64,000 nucleotides of DNA from a virus (Duplodnaviria; Heunggongvirae; Uroviricota; Caudoviricetes), in IMG/VR virus record IMGVR_UViG_3300031370_000003, one strand, 5' to 3'. The notes under the pieces are model-generated. The model ran no database searches. It was given only the letters and a program-made list of their open reading frames with translations, and was not told the origin of the DNA. The stretch's first letter is position 1; every line of letters begins with the position of its first letter. Position numbers and translations under genes: made by a program. This document shows, one piece after another, positions 58,002 through 64,000 of this stretch.

Positions 58002-58199
58002 GATCCAAAAAGAGAGCGGTTACTGGCGCGCAAAGGGCTTTAAGCGTGAAGGGAACGAAGAGCTTCTGGATCGCTGGGACTGCACCATCACCTTCAAGCG
58101 CAAGCAGTGGCAGCACTTCGATAAGCTGAAAAACGAAATGACGATCACTGCACCGACACTCTTTGGGCTTCTTAAGAAAATCATCTAACTGGTTATCAA

Positions 58200-58460
58200 G
58201 AATTGACTGAGGTATGTGGCTATTACATACCGCAGTCAATGGCATTTGCCGAAGTACGCAACTCTACATACCGCAGTCAAGAAATCACATATTCTGGTTG
58301 GTTCAGGGTGGTTTTCATTGACTGCGGTATGCATATTACGTATCGCAGTCAAGATGGGATGTGAGACGCATATCTCAGTGAAGATTGCATACCGCAGTCA
58401 ACATCACATACCGCAGCAAATAAACCGCATATCGCAGTCAATAAACTGCATACCTCAGTC
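58200..58460. repeat. iteron array (about 10 copies of CATACCGCAGTCAA-like 14-mers, both orientations)
   Basis: Copies at ~58204, 58226, 58266, 58318 (inverted), 58340, 58388, 58406, 58425, 58444; irregular spacing; directly downstream of the RepA-like gene. Confidence 0.7.
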
Positions 58461-59478
58461 AATTTTCGGGTTTGGATTTAGCGAGAGCTTCTGCCAGTTT
58501 GACGGGATCTATACCTGCAGTTTTCAAAGCCTTAATGACTTCGTCGTAGTTCTCTTCTGACGGCGGCTGCTCTTCAACCTTTTGTTTAGGCAGCTTAGAA
58601 GTCTGGATCAGCTTCGGATTGCGGTAGTGAACGACGAAGAAGGTGGAGTTTCCGCGTTTAGTTTCGGTGTATTCGAGGTACCCGATTTCTTTCAGTTGTT
58701 CCATGGCCTTTCTAACAGTGTGATTTTGCGTGTAAACGCTTGAAGTCAGGTTAAGCCGGTCACGAAGGCGCTTCATCGAAATGGGAGCGTGGTTCTGGGG
58801 TAGACTTTCAATGAAGGTGTATAGAGCCTGGGCTGATTCTTTGCGTGGCAGTGCATCAATGGCTTTAAGTCGAAGCAGCACACGCCTGTCCATGTCATAA
58901 AGTTCGAAGAGCTTAGGCTCAGCTTCAATTTCAACAACGTTTTCAACGACATCGTATGAAGCTGATTTTACCAGGTGTGTCACCCACCCTTTCGTATCGT
59001 TCTGGAACTTAAGCGTTACGGATGCCAATTTGAACAGGGAGTTACTGATACGATCTCGCATCTTCTGGTTGGAACGCCGGCTATCGAACCCACACATTTT
59101 AACGAACTCGACAAACGTGAGCTTAAGCGCACTTCCCTGCACCCCATGCTCAGCCATTGAGCGAACGATCCCCAGCCATACCTTGAAATCAGTGTCCATA
59201 TCCAAACGTGACCCTGTAATTTTCACGTCGTTGTAGCCTTCGCTCTTGGCTATGGACAACTGGACAAGTTCTTCGGTCGCATCTGTGATATTTTTACGGT
59301 TAGTCTTGCTCTTACTCGTTGATTTTAGGGTAGGTACAAACAGGCCGAGACGCATGAGAGGTACCGGCTGAACAGTGCTGGAGCTGTTAATATCCAGTGA
59401 AACGATCTCACCTGTCGATTTGTTTGTTTCTTCCAAATTCATCGGTAAGGTTTTGGATTTCTTGACCATTTTATGCAC
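58459..59478 (-). CDS. replication initiator (RepA-like, iteron-binding) candidate
   Basis: 339-aa minus-strand ORF flanked on both sides by arrays of the same 14-mer; basic N-terminus; no other plausible binding protein nearby. Confidence 0.55.
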   Translation of the reverse strand: MHKMVKKSKTLPMNLEETNKSTGEIVSLDINSSSTVQPVPLMRLGLFVPTLKSTSKSKTNRKNITDATEELVQLSIAKSEGYNDVKITGSRLDMDTDFKVWLGIVRSMAEHGVQGSALKLTFVEFVKMCGFDSRRSNQKMRDRISNSLFKLASVTLKFQNDTKGWVTHLVKSASYDVVENVVEIEAEPKLFELYDMDRRVLLRLKAIDALPRKESAQALYTFIESLPQNHAPISMKRLRDRLNLTSSVYTQNHTVRKAMEQLKEIGYLEYTETKRGNSTFFVVHYRNPKLIQTSKLPKQKVEEQPPSEENYDEVIKALKTAGIDPVKLAEALAKSKPEN

Positions 59479-59494
59479 CAGCAGTTGTTCACAT

Positions 59495-59625
59495 GCCGTA
59501 AGTGTAACTGCATATCTCAGTCAAGGTAAATACATACCGCAGTTAATGGATTTGCGTACCGCAGTTGGTAGGTTCACATGTCGCAGTCATGATTCTGCAC
59601 ACTACAGTCAAGATCGATCCTGTCT
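59495..59625. repeat. second iteron array (about 5 degenerate copies)
   Basis: GCATATCTCAGTCAAGG, ACATACCGCAGTTAATGG, GCGTACCGCAGTTGGT, ACATGTCGCAGTCATG, CACACTACAGTCAAGA upstream of the RepA-like gene. Confidence 0.6.
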
Positions 59626-59811
59626 CAGCCCTGTGGTGGCGTGGGTTTGCGGCGATCGGGGATCTCTTTTGGATCTCCATTGGGATCACTTTAGGATCAA
59701 TTTATTGGATCGACACTGTGGAAATTGGGGATAAGCAAAACAGGCAGTTGCAGCCTAACGCCAAATTTATGCGTTACAGTCGCAAATATTTCCACCAGCA
59801 AGAGTAGACCA

Positions 59812-60456
59812 ATGGATCTTAAACGAACACGCTGGGTTCGCCGTCTCGAAGATGGCACCTATGCCATTGAGCCAGACAGCAAACTTAACTCCCAGAAAGA
59901 ACTATGCGACCTCTGTGGAATTGCATCAAAATGCCCAATTAACGAGGCACGGCATAAGTTCAAGGCTACAGGAGCTGACTTCCACTTAAATTCTTGTCTG
60001 CGGTATGTGCCGCTTATCGCGTTTCGTAAACCGATCATCGGATTGAATGAGCCTTACTTCAACACGCTCCGAAGCGGAGTTACCTGGGTTAGCCGTGTAG
60101 AGCCAGGCAAAATCGTGTGTCTGGTAGACGCAGCGAACGGAGAGCGAATCAGGTTCGCAAAAGTGGATCGAGTATGTTCGGGGCCCTACGAAGAAATGCT
60201 TCGAAAACACAGCCGATTCAACCACCTTTGCATGGGTGGTGAAAGCGTCGAAAAGGTTTCTGAAGTAATCCGTAAATCCTATGGGCATTTTCTGAAGCCT
60301 GATAGTCAGCTGACGGCCATTTATCTGCGGAGCATCAGCCGTGAACATGACGTTGAATATCACACGGATCATGAACTTGAGTTAGAAGATCCTCGGGCAA
60401 AAGCACCAGTGATAGATATGGCCTCGCTTCGCAGAAAGCACGAGAAAACGATTTGA
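59812..60456 (+). CDS. hypothetical protein
   Basis: 214 aa from ATG 59812 (track ORF begins at 59725). Confidence 0.4.
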   Translation: MDLKRTRWVRRLEDGTYAIEPDSKLNSQKELCDLCGIASKCPINEARHKFKATGADFHLNSCLRYVPLIAFRKPIIGLNEPYFNTLRSGVTWVSRVEPGKIVCLVDAANGERIRFAKVDRVCSGPYEEMLRKHSRFNHLCMGGESVEKVSEVIRKSYGHFLKPDSQLTAIYLRSISREHDVEYHTDHELELEDPRAKAPVIDMASLRRKHEKTI

Positions 60457-60529
60457 ACCTATAAGATGGGTGAACGTACCAGAGCTTACGTTCACCCTCT
60501 TAGAAAAGCGTACAGCGGGCTTGTGCTAT

Positions 60530-60898
60530 CTACCGCTCAATCAAATCGCCATCCCCATTCATCCACATGCCATCAGCCAAATAAACCCACTCATCTGGAT
60601 CATCGGTGACTCGCAGATCTTCATAGAGCGAAGTCAGGTCGCTACCAACAATCATTTGTTTGTATTTGTTGTAATTTCTCCGAACGTCGTAATAAGTTTC
60701 AACATCGTAATCCTGTTCCCTCAGCTCATCATCTGAAGAGACATTTAGAGTTTTCTTTAGGCCTACTATGTTGAAGATCCATTTTAAGCCGTTTTTGACA
60801 TAGTATGCCGACGTATAGGCGTCCTCGTCTGGCACACGTTCATAACCAAGTTTTAATGCGATCTGAATTTGTTCAGTCACTGAAAGCACAATTGCCAT
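60530..60898 (-). CDS. hypothetical acidic protein
   Basis: 122-aa minus-strand ORF, convergent with the previous gene across a hairpin (60468-60497). Confidence 0.4.
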   Translation of the reverse strand: MAIVLSVTEQIQIALKLGYERVPDEDAYTSAYYVKNGLKWIFNIVGLKKTLNVSSDDELREQDYDVETYYDVRRNYNKYKQMIVGSDLTSLYEDLRVTDDPDEWVYLADGMWMNGDGDLIER

Positions 60899-61118
60899 TA
60901 TGATCCCTATTATGCTGTGTAAAACATCATCTTAGAGCGCCTTTGCTATGGAGTTAAGAAATTTAAAACTTGTCCCTCCTGATAGTAGGTAGTTAGCTAC
61001 TTATAAATATTGCATAATAGCCAGCCTGCGAACCAACCCAATAGCCTATAGCTCTGAATTGATGGCCTATTCAGTGTTGGTAACATTGCGTTGAATTTAT
61101 AACAAGCTGGAAGAACAC

Positions 61119-62204
61119 ATGACTATACCATATGGCGTGATCTCTGATCCCCACTACCACAACTGGAATACTTTCGCGGTTTCTGACGCCAACGGGCTTA
61201 ATTCCCGCCTGGCCATTCTGCTTGAATCGACAAAGGAAGCTGCGATTGCCATCAAAGAGGCTGGCGCAAAGCATCTGCTTGTTGCAGGTGACACGTTCCA
61301 TGTACGCGGCACTATAACGCCATCTGTACTGCACTACGTGACGGAAGCCTACAAGTGGATCATCAATGAGCTTGGCCTGGAAGTGGTCATGCTGGCCGGC
61401 AACCACGACCTCGAAACCAACGATTCTGTCTACAGCGCTAACGCAGCTGCCTCACTGCAGTCGATCGGGGTGCATATCGTTTGTGGGCAGCAGCCGTTCA
61501 GCATTGAAGTTGGTGATGTGAATGTTCATTTCATCAGCTGGCGTAACTCCCACGCCGAGCTTTTGAGTGATATGAAGGCGTTGCGAAATCGTCTTGAGGG
61601 CGACAACCACGACATCATCATTCATACCTCAGTCAATAAAGCGATTCCTACCATGCCCGATGTGGGCATCGATGCGCAGGAGCTGAAGGACATTGGCTTC
61701 CGCCTTGTTTTGTCTGGTCATTACCATAACCACAAAGAAGTCCTGCCCGGTGTCGTCAGTGTAGGTGCGTTAACGCACCAGAATTGGGGTGATGTAGGGA
61801 CTTTGGCCGGCTACATGATCGTACAGCCAGATGGCAGTTTTACCCAGCATGAAACCTCCGCTCCAAAGTTCGTCAATCTCGAAGAGGGCGTTGATGACAG
61901 CGAAGTACGCGGCAATTACGTTCGTTTCTACGCGACTATTGAAGCCGACGAAGAAGGCGTGAAGATAAAAAACACCCTCAACTCCATGGGCGCCAAAGGC
62001 GTCGTGTGCAACTTCGTTCGTAAATCCTCAATGATGACCGGCTCCGCCAGCACTTCTGCAACGTCAAAGATAGATAGCCTTGGAGAGTCAGTAAGCGCTT
62101 ACTGTCAGATCATGCACGACACTGACGGCGGTTTTGATGTAAAGGCATTGGGCGCCCTTTGCAGCGACATCCTGCTTGAAGCGGAAACCGGAACTTCAGA
62201 ATGA
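61119..62204 (+). CDS. sbcD: SbcD/Mre11-family nuclease
   Basis: Calcineurin-like phosphoesterase motifs LVAGDTFH, LAGNHD, GHYH; 361 aa. Confidence 0.8.
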   Translation: MTIPYGVISDPHYHNWNTFAVSDANGLNSRLAILLESTKEAAIAIKEAGAKHLLVAGDTFHVRGTITPSVLHYVTEAYKWIINELGLEVVMLAGNHDLETNDSVYSANAAASLQSIGVHIVCGQQPFSIEVGDVNVHFISWRNSHAELLSDMKALRNRLEGDNHDIIIHTSVNKAIPTMPDVGIDAQELKDIGFRLVLSGHYHNHKEVLPGVVSVGALTHQNWGDVGTLAGYMIVQPDGSFTQHETSAPKFVNLEEGVDDSEVRGNYVRFYATIEADEEGVKIKNTLNSMGAKGVVCNFVRKSSMMTGSASTSATSKIDSLGESVSAYCQIMHDTDGGFDVKALGALCSDILLEAETGTSE

Positions 62205-62437
62205 TCACCGGCAAATACCAGTGGGCTGTGAATATCCTGAACAACGGAGGGACGGTCACACTCCATCGTTTTACATACCGCAGTGAACGAGTGCGCTACA
62301 AGCTCAACCGTCTTTATCGTGACGGAGTCTTAGATCGCGCTTTGTACAAAACTCACCTGGAGTTTCGTCTCAAGAAAGATCAGCCAAAGCTGACTAACCT
62401 GGCATCCAAAATAAAACATACAGAGAAAAGCACATGA
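62201..62437 (+). CDS. small hypothetical protein
   Basis: 78 aa, ATGA overlaps on both sides. Confidence 0.3.
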   Translation: MITGKYQWAVNILNNGGTVTLHRFTYRSERVRYKLNRLYRDGVLDRALYKTHLEFRLKKDQPKLTNLASKIKHTEKST

Positions 62438-64000
62438 AATTTTTGTCAATGAAGGTTGAGAACTTCATGGCGCTGGCCGAAGCGGAAGTTGAACTCTCCG
62501 ACCGCGGGCTGGTGCTGATCCAGGGTATCAACACTGACGACTCATCAGCTTCCAGCAATGGCGCTGGCAAGTCCACCCTCATGAACAGCTTAATGTGGTG
62601 CATCTATGGCGAAACAGCCCACGGTGTGAAGGGTGACGATGTTCTGTCAACGGGGAACGAGAAGAACTGTCGCGTTCAAGTGACCATAGAGGACGAAGGC
62701 AAAAAGTTCGCGATCATCCGTCACCGCAACCACAAAGAGTTTAAAAACCGTCTGATTGTTCGTGGTGAAGATGGCGACATGACTAAAGGCAAAGACACGC
62801 TTACGCAGGAGCTTGTCGAACGGCTGATTGGTGCATCGAAGGAAGTGTTCACCGCATCGATTTATGCAAGCCAGGAGGCTATGCCAGACCTGCCGGGCAT
62901 GACTGACAAGAACCTTAAAGCGATAGTGGAAGAAGCTGCTGGCGTTGACCGTTTGACCCGGGCGTATTCAATTGCTCGCGAACGAGCAAATGCAGCTGCC
63001 GCGCGCGTAGATAACGTTAAGACCAAGATGGAAGGCACTCTGTCGCTGGTGGACTCAGCTGAAACAGAGCTGAAGTCTGCAAAGGCATCCTCAGAAGAGT
63101 GGGAAAAGAGCCGCAGCCAGCGTTTGGAAAAGTCCCGCGAAGATCTGACCGGCGCTGAAGTTGAGCTGGCAGAGGCGGAGCTGGAGCTGCGAACCATTCC
63201 AGAACAGATCCGCGATAAGCAGAACGCCATTACCGCAGAGCGTGAAAAACTGGCAACTAAAGATGAACACGACAAAAAGCTGGTTCGTGTCCGGGCTGTT
63301 ATTTCCGAAGCGGAAGGCAACATCCGTTCCGCAGAGACGTTAAAAGCGTCAGCGGTTAAACGTGCCCACAATAACAAAGCGCAGGCTGATGCCATTGATT
63401 CCAAGGTTGGCACTCCGTGCCCAACATGCGGAAAGGTTTATTGCAGCGAAGATTTATCAACCGTTAAGGAGAACTATATTGGCCAGGCACGCAGTGAAAT
63501 TGCAGAAGCGCAGGCATCAGCAGCGACAGTGGCTGAACAGCAAGGCCGTCTTGATAAAGCGCGCGGCATCGAGCGAGCACTTATCGACGCAACACCAGAC
63601 GTCTCAGCCATCGTTGCCCGAATCCAGCAGCTGAATGGTGAGCTAAGCACCTTAAACAAGCGCTCCGGTGAGCTGGGTTTGCTTGAGACCACCTTCCGTC
63701 GCGCTAAGGCTGAAGTGGACCGTGTTATGGTAGAAGTGAATCCGTTTCTGGCGAGCATTACGCGCCATGAAGAGAGCCTGCGCGCCAATAAATCTAAATA
63801 TGCTGAACTTAAAACAGAACTTAAAAACCATCAGGATCAGGCTCAGCTGCTTGAGAAAGCGCGCCAGGTATATTCCCCAGCCGGTGTCCGTTCGCACATT
63901 CTCAGCTCAGTGACGCCGTTCCTGAACATGCGCACCGCCGAATATCTCAACACGCTGTCTGACGGCAATATCGTTGCTGAATGGTCAACCATGGAGACCA
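62434..64000 (+). CDS. sbcC: SbcC/Rad50-family ATPase (5' partial, runs off window)
   Basis: N-terminal Walker A NGAGKST, long coiled coil, zinc-hook CPTCGK at ~63420. Confidence 0.8.
   Translation, partial: MKFLSMKVENFMALAEAEVELSDRGLVLIQGINTDDSSASSNGAGKSTLMNSLMWCIYGETAHGVKGDDVLSTGNEKNCRVQVTIEDEGKKFAIIRHRNHKEFKNRLIVRGEDGDMTKGKDTLTQELVERLIGASKEVFTASIYASQEAMPDLPGMTDKNLKAIVEEAAGVDRLTRAYSIARERANAAAARVDNVKTKMEGTLSLVDSAETELKSAKASSEEWEKSRSQRLEKSREDLTGAEVELAEAELELRTIPEQIRDKQNAITAEREKLATKDEHDKKLVRVRAVISEAEGNIRSAETLKASAVKRAHNNKAQADAIDSKVGTPCPTCGKVYCSEDLSTVKENYIGQARSEIAEAQASAATVAEQQGRLDKARGIERALIDATPDVSAIVARIQQLNGELSTLNKRSGELGLLETTFRRAKAEVDRVMVEVNPFLASITRHEESLRANKSKYAELKTELKNHQDQAQLLEKARQVYSPAGVRSHILSSVTPFLNMRTAEYLNTLSDGNIVAEWSTMET

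Noticed and set aside
58200-59625. Short repeats at regular-looking intervals that could be mistaken for a CRISPR array
   Set aside because: Repeats are only ~14 nt, occur in both orientations with irregular spacing and flank a gene on both sides; no cas genes. This is iteron behaviour, not CRISPR
63161-63897. Several 60-100-aa ORFs on both strands near the 3' end of the window
   Set aside because: All lie within the SbcC coiled-coil coding region, whose repetitive Ala/Glu/Lys codons create open alternative frames

Overview
This 64-kb window reads as a large block of a tailed (siphovirus-type) temperate phage or phage-plasmid, at about 50% GC with a few clearly AT-rich insertions. Bases 1-21300 form a late/structural module on the + strand. 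It has a lambda-like tail gene order: a major tail protein with a C-terminal Ig-like domain, G/GT chaperones with a probable -1 frameshift, a 1.5-kaa tape measure, gpM/L/K/I-like genes and a gpJ-like central fiber of about 1530 aa. A 1232-aa side fiber follows, ending in an S74-type intramolecular chaperone domain, then two paralogous lipoproteins, then a holin / unknown / Rz-Rz1-like lysis cassette. The rest is a dense early/replication and maintenance region. It holds ParA plus a small partner, a DnaB-like helicase, a DnaG-like primase, an ATP-dependent ligase, a glutaredoxin, and a CobT-like VWA plus CobS-like AAA+ pair. DNA polymerase III alpha is split into two same-frame ORFs. There is also a T4 gp32-like SSB, a FEN / 5'-3' exonuclease, a RecA-like recombinase, an SPFH lipoprotein, SbcD and SbcC. 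An iteron-flanked RepA-like initiator provides a plasmid-type origin. A tyrosine integrase and an XRE-type repressor sit between the replication genes. Interleaved with these are accessory units: an AT-rich membrane-protein island (31.9-34.4 kb), a minimal nucleotidyltransferase with a 258-aa partner on the opposite strand (48.6-49.8 kb), a low-GC gene next to the integrase, and a Sel1-repeat gene. There are at least two structured non-coding regions. Several short sequence motifs recur: a start-proximal AAARCACATG at 12 early genes, a TAGGTAG-N4-CTACCTA palindrome family, an AAACAAnTTGTTT palindrome at four promoter-proximal sites, and an AAGTAACCAACTGGCTAT-like motif upstream of several genes. 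From memory, the gene content resembles SSU5/pHCM2-type phage-plasmids; I cannot verify that without a search.
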